From NCBI RefSeq assembly GCF_009914755.1, contig NC_060932.1: 64,000 nt of DNA; one strand, 5' to 3'. Source of the stretch: the human T2T-CHM13v2.0 reference genome, Homo sapiens. Of the stretch, positions 15,215 through 28,493 are shown piece by piece; position 1 is the first letter of the stretch, and the number at the start of each line of letters is the position of its first letter. Both the position numbers and the translations under genes were made by a program. The notes beneath the pieces were generated by a model. It saw only the letters and a list, made by a program, of their open reading frames with translations. It did no database searches and was not told where the DNA came from.

Positions 15215-16074
15215 GTGGATACCTTGGGATGATGGTGGAGAAATAAAATCAGAATCTCTGATAAGGAAGGATAGCTTGAAAGAGTATACTCAGCATTATG
15301 ATTTTACATTTAGAAAATAGAGGAAAACTCTTTGTTTTCTTATATAAATTACAGAAAGTAAAAAAGGCTTGCCAAAACCTGGACAGACTCCAAGAAAACA
15401 TTTTATTTTATATAAAAGAATTACAAAGTGCAAAGGTGACTTAGAAACAGCCAGGAAAGAAGGAAAAGTAGTTATTTGCCATTGCACAAAGGAAGGGTGT
15501 GGTGTCACACTTCCTCGGAGAAGGGATCAACATTAAGAAGGAGGCTTATAAGGATTTCATTTGTCGATTTCACAAATGGAATCTGCTTAGCTAATAGGTT
15601 ACACCTGCACTGTAGCCTGTCTGTAATGGAAGTCTGGTAACATTTATTAATAAAGCAGTTTGATGCTGAAGGCTGGAATAACAGAAGTGACGGCAAGTGG
15701 GAAACTGGGCCAGTTTTCTGATTTGTGGCTTCAGGGTGTGAGAAGGTTTCTATCACAAGCTTAGAGATGAACAAAATGTCAAACACATGTCTTCTTTCCC
15801 TTGGTTTAATATTTCTTGCCCCATGTTGAAATATAAGTATCCTTAGGAGCTGTAGTTCTTTTAGACAAGCCTTAGTCACTATCACCTCAGACTTGACAGG
15901 ATTCTCTTTCTAAGAGAAAAATTATGTGGCAGAGCAAGGAGAGTGTATTAGGACAGTGAGCAACTGAAAGAGGGAAAAGGAGGTATCATAATTTGCGTTT
16001 TAGCACCAGTACTTCCCAGCCTCTTGTATCCTTACCTGTTGCCATCTAACCTAGTGGTTCTTCCCTTAAAAGGG

Positions 16075-17066
16075 GTACAGTCAGGGGAAAATCTTCATGA
16101 TGCTGGATTTGGTAATGATTTCTTCGCTATGATACCAAAAGCATAGGCAACAAAAGAAAAAAATAGATAAATTAGACTTCATCAAGGTTAAAAACGCTTG
16201 TGTATTAAAGGGCACAATCAACAGAGTGAAAAGTCAACCCATGGAATGGGAGAAAATATTTTCAAATAATGTGTTTGATAAAGATTAATATTCACAATAT
16301 ATAAAGAACTTCAACTGAACCACAACAACAACAAAATGAAAAGTCCCAACTAAAAAATGGGCAAACTATTTCAATAGACCTTACTCCAAAGAAAATATGC
16401 AGATGATCGGGGAGCATATAAAATGATGCTCAAAATCATTAATCATTAGAGAAATGAAAATCAAATTCACAATGAGATACCACTTTACACTCACTAGGAT
16501 GGCTAACATCAAAAAACTGGAAGATAACAAGTGTTGGTGAGGATGCAGAGGAATTAGAACCCTTGGGCATTGCTGTTAAGAATGTAAAATGGTATTCCTG
16601 CTCTGGAAATTGATATGATAGTTCTTTAAAAAATTAAATAGAGAAAAAGGGCTTCTGTCATGAGTGGCCTATGTAGGGCAACCAGATTGCTCTTCATGTG
16701 GAATTGACATCAAGAGCTTTCAGAAGTGTATTTTTTGGAAGTTGGGCAGCTGGTAATCATTGGTCTTGGCATCCTTATTATTAAAAGAAAAAAATTAAAC
16801 AGCATTGCCGTATGATCTAGTAATTTCTATTCAGGGTATACACCGCAAAGATTTGAAAACAGATGACTCAAACAGATATGTGTACACTCATGTTCAGGGC
16901 AGTATTATTCACAATTGCCAAAAGGTGGAAGCAACTCACATATTTGTTGGCGGATGAATGAATAAGCAAAACATGGTATAAACACACAATGGAATATTAT
17001 TCATCCCTAAAAAGGAAGGGGATTCTAACACATGCTTCAGCATGGATCGACCTTGAACAAATTATG
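16075..17066 (+). mobile_element. L1MB-like fragment (ORF2 end) hosting the U11 copy
   Basis: AATAGATAAATTAGACTTCATCAAG...GGAATATTATTCATCCCTAAAAAGGAAG. Confidence 0.85.
16644..16776 (+). pseudogene. U11 snRNA (minor spliceosome) processed pseudogene
   Basis: AAAAAGGGCTTCTGTCATGAGTGG...GACATCAAGAG...TTTTTTGG...GGGCAGCTGGT...CCTT follows U11 end to end; many differences are CpG decay; short A-rich tail; TSD AAAAAATTAAAYAG. Confidence 0.92.
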
Positions 17067-17250
17067 GTATCGGGGCAAAGAGGATTTTCCTTCCTCTTCC
17101 TTCTGAAAGCTTGGTAATTTGAGTCTATAAAACAAACTGACAATAGACAGATTAACAGGAGAAAAGGCATACAAATTATTTATGGGCAAATGTACAGGAA
17201 CCTCAAAATACAAAACTCAAAGAAGAACCAGATGACTGAGGTATTTATAC
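17067..17250 (-). mobile_element. ERV1-type LTR fragment (family uncertain)
   Basis: AAACTGACAATAGACAGATTAACAGGAGAAAAGGCATACAAAT motif typical of MER4-group LTR ends. Confidence 0.45.
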
Positions 17251-18010
17251 TGTGCTTATGACTTCAAGACCACTGTGTTCTCATGTCAAGTTTCACTGAT
17301 GGTTCTGTCAGTAAAAATTTCACCTCAGCTCATAGAATGTTAAATTGAATGAAAACTTAGAGATTACATAGTCCAATTCTGAATGTGAAAACTGAGGTTC
17401 CTTCAAAGATGATAACCTCAGGGATGTTTCTCTTGACAGACTCTAAACTAGATGGTTCTAAGAGAATTACAGAATGATGAGTGTTCCTGCCCCTAACCTC
17501 TGGGTTTACTAAACAGAACATTTATTCTTGATCCCTGCCTTTTAACTGAGCCACACAAGTCTAGGACCCATAGAAGAGGAAATTTATGGGCCTATGAATC
17601 TTCATTTGCTGTTCTGGAGAGCATAATTATGACCTTTGATTTAGACGTTCCCCAGAGATGCAGCTGAGCTGGTGCTAATAGCCCTTAGCTATTCACTGGG
17701 ACATCATTTCTTCCCATCAGGACATTAATTCCGAGGAATACTTCGGTTCCTCAATTGGCAATTTCCATCACTCATTTCATGACTAGTAATTAATATTCAT
17801 TAAGAACTCATGGGGCATCTAATCCTCCCCTATATTGTTTAAGTATCTATTGTCAGCAAAAGAGTTAGACTTGGAGCCCAAAGTTCTAGTTTAAGTTTTG
17901 GGTCATTTCATTCAAAATTTATTTATAATTCATGCCAATTATTTATCCTAATCACCTGATACACACGTGCACGCGTGCACACACACACACTCCAAGAAAC
18001 ACAAAAACTA

Positions 18011-18310
18011 GGCCGAGTGCAGTGGCTCACGCCTGTAATCCCAACACTTTGGGAGGCCAAGGTGGGCAGATCACCTGAGGTCAGGAGTTCAAGACCAGCC
18101 TGGCCAACATGGCAAAATCCCTTCTCTACTAAAAATACAAAAATTAGCTGGGCATGGTGACACATGCCTGTTATCCCAACTACTCTGGAGGCTGAGTCAG
18201 GAGAACCGCTTGAACACAGGAGGTGGAAGTTGGAGTGAGCCGAGATTGCACCACTGCCCTCTAGCCTGGGCAACACAGTGAGACTCTGTCTCAAAAAAAA
18301 AAAAAAAAAA
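18011..18310 (+). mobile_element. AluS
   Basis: Full Alu with long poly(A). Confidence 0.96.
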
Positions 18311-18319
18311 GAAAAAAAA

Positions 18320-18693
<374 letters not shown>

Positions 18694-20339
18694 TTAGTAT
18701 TTTCTATTTGAGTCTACTCCACTCGATACTGTTTGAATCTCTTAGACTTCATTTTGTTTTTATTATTGTTTTTAATGGTAGTCAAAATCACTTTAACTGA
18801 TTTTTAACCTACAGATTGGTAAACACTATACAACTTCACGACAAACAAAGATCAACTCTATATTTGTAAGTGCATTTTAAAAACAGCGTTATGTAATTAA
18901 TTCCTAGGAACAACTGCTATATATAGGTATATATAGAGAGCTAAATTTTGTTTATTTATCTGCTTTGGGTGTTGGTGGGCTCTGTAGGTGTTTTAATCAT
19001 CATTTCACGAGTGTGAAAACTCAAGTTTGGAGAAGACCAAAGCCTCATAACTGGCAAGTGGCAGAGGCTGGGTGGAAACCCAGGGCAGCTGACACCACAT
19101 TTCATACCCTCTCTACTTTTCTATGCCACAGGCATGTCTATAAGTAAGGAGTTACTGTGTCCTAAAACAAAAAACAGGAAGTATTTTGAACAAGAACATT
19201 ATATTTGATTGTACAAAAAAAATCTAGGTTCTAAGTTCTTCCTGCCTAGGACTCTCATATGCTTTTCTAACTTTAGAGCTTGGTGGTATATCACTGCAGA
19301 TGGAGATCTATACATTTAATCCAAGAACAGAAGATGAGCTACACTTCGCTCACGTCCTTCCTGGTTAGTAATTTTCTCTGACAGTGGGACCTTGAAACAG
19401 CTGTGAGACAGTGTGCTAGTCTCCATGAAGCCTCAGATATTTTTAACACCTAAATTTCAATATTCTTATTTTAGCTTCTATCATTAGGAATACCTCCCCA
19501 CACTCCTTTATGTCTCTCCAAAGACCTCTATTAGTGAATGGTTATAAGACACGTTGTTCTCCTCTCTGTCTTTACCTGTAACCATCCGTCCTTGCAGTTC
19601 ACATGCCTGCCATACTAAACTACTTGGAGCCCTCTGATTATGACTTGCCTATTACATTTCCGTTTCTTTGTATGTGCTATTTCCTCAGCCTAGAGAATCT
19701 CCCCCGATTTTTGACTGAAGCACTAGTTACTTCCCCTGAATCCTTCTCTAACGCTCCTGACTGATTTGTTTTTTTAATGCTTCCATTGTGCCATGTATAA
19801 ATATGTTACGCAGAGTTGATCATGTTATTTTATCATTTTGCAAAACAAAACTCTCTAACTACTACAGCTAAGAAATAACAATTCTTTATTCAATATCATA
19901 TTGCCAAGCACTTGAAGCCCACATCAGTTGTTTTGCCTGCCCAGGTTCCATTTTGCCTACATCTGAAGACTGAGTCAGGGCTCTGATTTGGGGATCTCCT
20001 CCTCTTCCATTGACACAGTTGGTAGAACTGCATCAGTCAAGATGACCCACAACCTCCTGGCCAAGAGCAAGCATATGATTCAAACTACACTAGCTAGATT
20101 ATCTGTTTTTCCCTAGAATTTAAATCTTAAGTGGAATGACTGATGTATTCTCTTGGTACAAACCAATGGCAAATTAGATTGAATATCAAGAAAAAAACAT
20201 AACCGTAATTGCACTACTTAACTCAAAAAGATATACATTTCTTTGCATAAAAATACCTGAAGCCATGGACATCAGTGAGTGAGAGTTTGGAATTTGACCC
20301 CACAACTCTCTGATATTTGTCCAATATCACCATGGGGCA

Positions 20340-21160
20340 ATAATTCTAAACCACCTTAAAATATTTAAAACCTCTGCATAATTGAAAGGCACCATAAAAA
20401 GTTAAAAGACAAGCCACAGATTGGAGACTATATTTACAACACACATAATGAACAAAGAATTAGAGCCCAGAATACATAAATAAATTTTGCAAATCAATAA
20501 GAAAAAAAAGAACAACTAAGATGAAGAATCCACAAAGGATGTGAACAGGGAGTTCACAGTAGAGGAAATATGAGTGATGAATAAACTTATGAAAAAAATG
20601 CTTACTCTCACTAATTATTAGAGGAAATAAAACCACAGAGATATCACTTCATACTGACTGGCAAATATAAAAATGTATGAACAGTTGCAGGGGTTAGCAA
20701 TGATGTTAGAGAAATCAAACTCTTTTTAAAATTAATTTTTTTGTTTTTATAGATGTATTGGAGACTTGGAAAGTCAGGAGAGTTCAGGGGTGAGGGATGA
20801 GAAATCAAAGTCTTATACACCAGGTCCTTGAGTAACATCTTTTTAATCAAAGTCGTTTCATTCAAGGTCATTTCATTCAAGGTCTTTTTGTGATAATGTT
20901 GATTTGATAAAATATTGGATTTATTATACATCGTTTTGTTTAAAGTTGCAATTTTCAAGAAGCTAGTTCTCACTTAATGTTCTTAGATACTGACTTTGAG
21001 TGAAACATTGTAGTGCTATACTAGGGGGAGCATTAGGTGATAAAATAGCTTTGTGGCACTATTAATGTTGAAGACATGCCCTTGTGCCCCAGAGAAATTC
21101 TTGCCTATATTTAAGAGATGATATGTGTAAGTATATTTATTTCAGCATTGCTTTTAGTAG
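20340..21160 (+). mobile_element. Old L1M fragments with an embedded Tigger-type MITE (MER47-like, about 20815-21010)
   Basis: AAAAGACAAGCCACAGATTGG (L1); CAGGTCCTTGAGTAACATC...GTCGTTTCATTCAA (MER47-like). Confidence 0.55.
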
Positions 21161-21163
21161 CAG

Positions 21164-23451
21164 TGATATGTTTTGGCTGTGTCATCATTCAACTCTCAAC
21201 TTCAATTGTATCTCCCAGAATTCCCACATGTTGTGGGAGGAACCCAGGGAGAGGTAACTGAATGATGGGGGCTGGTCTTTTCTGTGCTATTCTCATGATA
21301 GTGAATAAGTCTCATGAGATCTGATGGGTTTATCAGGGGTTTCTGCTTTTGCTTCTTCCTCATTCTCTCTTGCTGCCACCATATAAGAAGTGCCTTTCAC
21401 CCTCCACCATGATTATGAGACCTCCTCAGCCTTGTGGAACCATAAGTCAAATTAAACCTCATTTTCTTCCCAGACTTAGGTATGTCTTTATCAGCAGACA
21501 TTAGTCCATATAAAAACAGACTAATACAGTAAATTGGTACCAGGAGTGGGGTATTGCTGAAAAGATACCCAAAAATGTGGAAGCTTCTTTGGAAATGAGT
21601 AACAAGCAGAGGTTGGAACAGTTTGGAGGGCTCAGAAGAAGACAGGAAAATGTGGGTAAGTTTGGAACTTCCTAGAGACTTATGGAATGGCTTTGACCAA
21701 AAGCCTGATAGTGATATATATGGACAATAAAATCCAGGCCGAGGTGGTCTCATTTGGAGATGAAAAACTTGTTAGGAACTGTCACAAAGGTGACTCTTGT
21801 TATGTTTTAGCAAAGAGACTGGCAGCATTTTGCCCCTGGCTTAGAGATTTGTGGAACTTTGAAACTGAGAGAGAAGATTTAGGGTATGTGGTGGAAGAAA
21901 TGTCTAAGCAGCAAAGCATTCAAGAAGTTAATTGGTTGCTGTTAAAAGCATTTCATTTTAAAAGTGAAACGGAGCATAAAAGTTCAGAAAAAATGCAGCC
22001 TGATGATGAAGTAGAAAAGAAAACCCCATTTTCTGGGGAGGAATTCAAGTCGGCTGCAGAAATTTGCATAAGTAGCAAGGAGCCTAATGTTAATCCTCAA
22101 GACCATGGGGAAATGTCTCGAGGCCATGTCAGATATCTTCACAGCAGCCCCTCCCATCACAGGCCCAGAGGCCCAGAAGGAAAAAGTGGTTTTGTGTGCT
22201 GGGCCCAGAATCCACATGCTGTGTTCAACCTAGGGACTTGGTGCCCTGTGTTCCAGTTGCTCCAGCCATGGCTGAAAGGGACCAACGTACAGCTTGGGCT
22301 GTGGCTTCAGAGGGTGGAAGCCCCAAGCCTTGGCAGCTTCCATGTGATGTTGAGCCTGGGGGTACAAAGAAGTCAAGAATTGAGGTTTGGGAACCTCTGC
22401 CTAGATTTCAGAAGATATATGGAAATGCCTGGATGCCCAGGCAAAAGTTTGCTGCAGGGGTGGGGCCCTCATGGAGAACCTCTGCTAGGGCAGTACAGAA
22501 GGGAAATGTGGGGTCGCAGTCCCCACATAGAGTCCCTACTGTGGCACTGCCTAATGGAGCTGTGAGAAGAGGGCCACTGTCCTCCAGACCCCAGAATTGT
22601 AGATTCACCGACAGTTTGCACCGATTGCCTGGAAAAGCTGCAGACACTCAATGCCAGCCTGTGAAAGCGGCCAGGAGGGAGGCTGTACCCTGCAAAGCCA
22701 CAGGGGCGTAACTGGCCAAGACCATGGGAACCCACCTCTTGCATCAGCATGACCTGGATGTGAGACCTGGAGTCAAACAAGATCATTTTGGAGCTTTAAA
22801 ATTTGACTGCCTTGTTGGATTTCAGACTTGCATGGGCCCTGTAACCCCTTTGTTCTGGCCAATTTCTCCCATTTGGAATGGCTGTATTTACCCAATACCT
22901 GTACCCCCATTGCAACTAGCTTGCTTTTGATTTTACAGGCTCTTAGGAGGAAGAGATTTGACTTGTCTTAGATGAGACTTTGGACTGTGGACTTTTGGGT
23001 TAATGCAGAAATGAGTTAAGACTTTGCGGGACTGTTGGGAACGCTTGATTGGTTTTGAAATGTGAGGACATGAGATTTGGAGGGGCCAGGGGCAGAATGA
23101 TATGGTTTGGCTGTGTCACCATTCAAATCTCAACTTGAATTGTATCTTCCAGAATTCCCATGTGTTGTGGGAGGGACCCAGGGGGAGGTAATTGAATCAT
23201 GGGGGCCAGTCTTTCTTGTGGTATTCTTGTGATAGTGAATAAGTCTCATATGATCTGATGGGTTTATCAGGGGTTTCCACTTTTGCTTTTTCCTCATTCT
23301 CTCTTGTTGCCACCATGAAAGAAGTGCCTTTAGCCCTGTGCCATGATTATGAGACCTCCCTAGCCTTGTGGAACAGTAAATCAAATTAAACCTCCTTTTC
23401 TTCCCAGTCTCAGGTATGTCTTTATCACCAGTGTAAAAATGGACTAATACA
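21164..23451 (+). mobile_element. Full-length THE1A MaLR (5' LTR 21164-21528, internal 21529-23097, 3' LTR 23098-23451)
   Basis: Two TGATA...TAATACA LTRs with ATCAGGGGTTTC..CTTTTGCTT signature; THE1-int between; TSD AGCAG/AGTAG. Confidence 0.93.
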
Positions 23452-23513
23452 AGTAGTTAGAAAAAAATCCAAATATCTAATACAAATTACTAAATAAAAT
23501 TGTAAATAACCAA

Positions 23514-24158
23514 TGTAAATTAGTCAGGTTTCAGGTACAGGACCTTGAAATCACTTGGGTGATTTAAGTGGGGAGGGGAACATTTAAGGGTAGTAAGTGG
23601 CTTAGAGAATCCTTGGGGGAAGCACTGAAGAAATAGCCTAGAGATGTCTGGTATGGCCTCCAGAGTCACACCCCAGAACTGGGCCCCAACAAACAGCGGC
23701 TGCCTCCTCTGAGATCAGCATACCTCTGGCTCCAGAACCAACCTGTCATGACCACAAGCAGGAAGTTTCCAAGATAAGAAGCTGGAGCTGCTGATTCTAG
23801 AATGTGCTGCCTCTGCTGTGTGACCTGATCCTGCAGAAAGGATGCCCCTCTTGGCTGTTTCTCAACAGCCACAAAGCTAGTGCTTGGACACTGGAATCTC
23901 TGCCATCACTGGTGCAGAAAAGCCACCTGCTCTGTCCTTTCCGTCCAGCCTCTGCTTGCCAGCAGAAATGCAGAGCAGAAACACAGTGTCCATCTCACGC
24001 CTTCCTTTTGAATCTCACACAGGTGCAAACTAAGCCACATGTACAGTACTACTTCTAAGGGAGGCTGAGAAATATAGTTGGGAGCTTTCTGGGCTTTCCA
24101 TTACAAGTCACACTGGAAGAAGGATAGAATAAATGTTGAGTGCCAAAACCCATATCAG
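23514..24158 (-). mobile_element. Old MaLR LTR (MLT1 group)
   Basis: TTAGTCAGGTTTCAGGTACAGG...; GAGGCTGAGAAATATAGT motif. Confidence 0.45.
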
Positions 24159-24160
24159 TC

Positions 24161-24545
24161 TGTGGTGGATACTCAGGTCCTCTACCCAGATCCTCTTTTC
24201 AGGCTGGCACCTAGCTTCCTCAGTGCTTGGATTTCCAGGGGCCAAAGGCTCAAATCTGGGAACTGTCCTTGCACACTGAGAACTGGCTCACCCAAGGCTA
24301 TGCTTCTTTCCAGGGCACAATTGCTAATGATTTGTTAATTTGGTGATACTAAGGACACTTCACCTCCATTTGGGACAACCCTGAAGGCCATTGCATTTCC
24401 AAAGCTCCGTGGGATAGGCTGAGACCCCCGCCACAGCCAAATCTCAGTTCAACTCTCCCTCTTCTCAGTCTTCCCCTCCTCACTTTATGTGTATCTTCCA
24501 AGAATACTTCCTAACAATCCTTACCATGGTCCATTTCAGGGTCTA
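24161..24545 (+). mobile_element. ERVL LTR (LTR16-like)
   Basis: TGTGGTGGATACTCAGGTCCTCTACCCAGATCC...TTGGGACAACCCTGAAGGCCA. Confidence 0.6.
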
Positions 24546-24656
24546 AGAAACAAAATAAAAAGAGAGACAGAGACGGAGAGAAAACAGGAGCAGGAGGAGA
24601 AGGAAGAGGAGGAAGAGGAGGAGGGGAGGAGGAAGAAGATGGAGAATTATCTAGAT

Positions 24657-24885
24657 CAAGCTTGTCCAACCCACTGTACTCAGGCCACATGTGGCCCAGG
24701 ATGGCTTTGAATGCAGTCCAACACACATTTGTAAACTTTCTTAAAACATTATGAGATTTTTTTTTTTTTTTGCAATTTTTTTTAGCTCATCAGCTATCCT
24801 TAGCGTTAGTGTATTTGATGTGCAGCCCAAGACAAATCTTCTTCTTCCAGTGTGGCCCAGGGAAGCCAAAAGATTGGACACCCTG
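24657..24885. mobile_element. MER30 hAT MITE
   Basis: TIRs CAAGCTTGTCCAA / TTGGACACCCTG; 8-bp TSD ATCTAGAT/ATCTAGTT. Confidence 0.88.
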
Positions 24886-26224
24886 ATCTAGTTAGTGGGC
24901 TATTACACTTCAATGAAAATGAGCAAGCTAAGCCTGGATGAGTAAATTTGGTTAAAACTCAAAATAAAAATGTTGAGCAAAAAAGGCAAGTCGAGAAACA
25001 ATGCCATATATTTTTTATGTATCCAAATATATAAAAAAATAATAGAAACACGTATGTAAAGGATGAGTGTCATGACCATTGAGAGATGAATATGGAATGA
25101 GAGAGGAATATGGAATGAGATAGGAGAGGAAACTCAGAGTACCTTCCATTGTATCTTTATAGTTGATTAAAACAAATATGACAACATGTAATTATTTGGT
25201 AGTCCTGGAATGTTGGGAACAGTTTATAAATATATATAAATAATGTTTGTTTTCTATGTTTGTCTTTATGTTTTAAAAACGGTAAAATGTGAAGAAAAAC
25301 ATAAAAAGGAAATGGTTGGTCCTGACTCATCCTCATGTTGCATCCTCTAGCGCAGGGCATTCCTTCATGCGCCGTGGAGCCTGGGACTGTTCATTTCCTG
25401 ACCTTTGGTAATCAGTTCTTCAGTTATCGCTTTAATTCTTAGCAGAATATGTTTCTTTTGTTTCCAGTCAAAGGGCACTGATACATCACTGTATTAGATG
25501 TGTTACATTATTACTTATTTAAATAATAAATATAATAGTGAATGTAAAAATACTTTCCAATGCTAACAAACAATTACTATTTACTGGAAGTTTTCAAGAG
25601 AGCATAATCTTGTTAATCAAATTCTGAAATCTGACAAAAAGGGGTCTTCAGGACAAGTAGATTTGATGATGTCATTCACTGCTTAAGAACCTTTCAGTGA
25701 TAACCGTTTGCCAGAGCATCTTAACACTGCATGTGAGGCTCATTACCATCTGGCCCACATTACCTTTTTGGAGCCATTCCCCACTCCCACTTCATTCTGT
25801 TTCTTTAGGTTCTCGCTCCTCCTCTTCCCTCAGTCTAGGCAGCCTCTCTGTTGAAGAAACTCTTGAACATTCCGAATGCCTAGCCCCTAATCCCATGGTT
25901 TGGAGGCCTTCCCTACCCTGCATCCCTGGTAAAAGGAATTCCTCTCTCACAGCACAACAGACATAGTCCTGGGACAGTTCCTTTCTTATTGTGCCAAAAA
26001 ACCTGTGTGCATACAGGGACTGTGCCTTATTCACCTTGCCATGCCACAGACCCTGGCACAGAGCTGCTCCTCAAAATGTCAGTTCCCTCCCAGAGTACAC
26101 AGCTAAAACCAACAAGGAGGTCTCTTCTCTCCTAGGGATGGCCTCCTAGCCTCTCTTTGGTTACTGAACAGTAGGCCAGAGTGGGGTTGATTAGGGTTTC
26201 ATTTGGGTTAACCAATCTCACATT

Positions 26225-26440
26225 GAAAAACACATAACATAAAATTTACCACCTTAACCATTTTAAAGTGTGCCATTCTGCGGCATTAAGTGTATTCACA
26301 TTATTGTGAAAATAGATCTCCAGAACTTTTTAATCTTGCAAATAAACTCTCTACCTATTACCAAACAAGTCCCTAGCAACCAGCATTCTACTTTCTGTCT
26401 CTATTAATTTAACTAATTTATATACCCCTTATAAATGGAG
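26225..26440 (-). mobile_element. L1MB 3' UTR fragment
   Basis: TAACATAAAATTTACCACCTTAACCATTTTAAAGTG...CATTCTACTTTCTGTCTCTA. Confidence 0.75.
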
Positions 26441-26609
26441 AAGTTTGAAAGCTCTGCTGCCTTCAGCCCTCAAGTTGTTCTCCATGGTCTTCTGGAGGCA
26501 TCCCAGGCTATGTCTCTGTAGATGCCAGACTTTACCCACTTGGTAAATAGTTGTCCCAGAATGACAGCACTCGGAGTCTTCTTTAAAAGCAAGGCTGGAG
26601 GAAACCTCT

Positions 26610-26790
26610 CACTTGTGGAGCACCTGCTGTGTGCAGCCACATCTGTGCCTGGTGTGTTTATGAGCATCAGCTTGTTAATCTCATATTCTCCAGATGAGGT
26701 GACCGAGGCTCATAGAGGGGAAGGGACTTGATTAGAATCCCATACCCAGGAAATGGTGGGGACTGGGTCTGCCTAATCTTCTCATCCTTT
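26610..26790 (-). mobile_element. MIR
   Basis: CAGATGAGGTGACCGAGGCTCATAGAGGG core. Confidence 0.6.
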
Positions 26791-27435
26791 CCCATTCCCC
26801 TATCTTGGGAGAGACATCTTGTACAGTTCTACTCCAGTCACTTGATTAAATGTCCCTGGAAACTTACCCTAGACTGTTATGATCCAAGGCAAAATGACAA
26901 ATGACTAGAAAGGAATAGAAATCATCCTTTAATCATCTCCAAGGCCGTAAGATGCACGTTAATGACTTCCTAGGGAGGGAGGTACAGTGCTTTCAGAAGG
27001 CAGTCTCAAGTCTGGCTGAATACTATCAATAACAATAACAATAAAACAGAAAGCAGGGAGCATGTGGAGAGGGCTGGTGAGGACTTTGACACAGTCAAAA
27101 GTTCACATTCAATAAAGGATATTCATATTTCACATTGAATTTCTTTGGTAGCCCAGACACCTGCAGGTCATTTGGAGAGATTTTTCACGTTACCAGCTTG
27201 ATGGTCTTTTTCAGGAGGAGAGACACTGAGCACTCCCAAGGTGAGGTTGAAGATTTCCTCTAGATAGCCGGATAAGAAGACTAGGAGGGATGCCTAGAAA
27301 ATGATTAGCATGCAAATTTCTACCTGCCATTTCAGAACTGTGTGTCAGCCCACATTCAGCTGCTTCTTGTGAACTGAAAAGAGAGAGGTATTGAGACTTT
27401 TCTGATGGCCGCTCTAACATTGTAACACAGTAATC

Positions 27436-27470
27436 TGTGTGTGTGTGGGTGTGTGTGTGTGTCTGTGTGA
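27436..27470 (+). repeat. (TG)n microsatellite, interrupted
   Basis: Direct reading. Confidence 0.9.
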
Positions 27471-27534
27471 GGGGGGGTGTAGGCTTCTTCAGTTTTCCCC
27501 ACTTTTTTCTCTGTCCTGACTGAGAAATGAAAAG

Positions 27535-27985
27535 TATTTTGACCTGTCCAGCTGCATGATTTCCCCTGTCGGCTTGAACCCGAGCTGGGGGCTTGAACAT
27601 TCTAAGGCCCTGATGAAGGTGTTTAGGTTGTTGCTCAAAACATTGAAAGAAACTAGCCTGTGGCTTTAGCCAGATCTCTTAAACCCTCACACAAACTCCA
27701 TACCTCAACCCCCGTGATATGGACTCAATGAAGTAGAACATCTCTTTCGTTCTATGTCTATTGTGAGGACACGCTGAAGCCCTCTCTGTGTGTAAATTCC
27801 CCTAATAAATGCTTTGGAATAATAAATAAATGAATACATGAATGAATGAATGAATGAATGAATGAATGAATAAATGCTTTAGCCTGATCACCCTGTTGTT
27901 TGGTGCTTCTTTCTTTGGAATCCCAGCTGGCCCCACCTTTGAACAGTTTGGGGCTTTCCTCCCTTTCAGGAACTCCCCTGCCATG
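27535..27985 (+). mobile_element. ERVL LTR (MER74/MER54-like) containing an (AATG)n array
   Basis: GTCCAGCTGCATG...GGCTTGAACATT...GCTTCTTTCTTTGGAATCCCA...GGAACTCCCCTGCC. Confidence 0.7.
27818..27872 (+). repeat. (AATG)n/(AAAT)n tetranucleotide microsatellite
   Basis: Direct reading. Confidence 0.92.
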
Positions 27986-28191
27986 GATTAAAGTAGACAG
28001 ACCACTGTGTGAATTCTTATCCAACTGAGAGCTGCTCAAGCAGCGACTGAGTCTTACTTTTAATTATGGTGAAAGTGAGGATTAATCAGCCAAACGGATT
28101 TTACTGGAGCCCTGTGGGATGCAGAATATTGATGAAGATAATGCAAGCGGTCAGGAAGATCTGCATGAGATTCTTTTTAAAAAATTCATGA

Positions 28192-28493
<302 letters not shown>

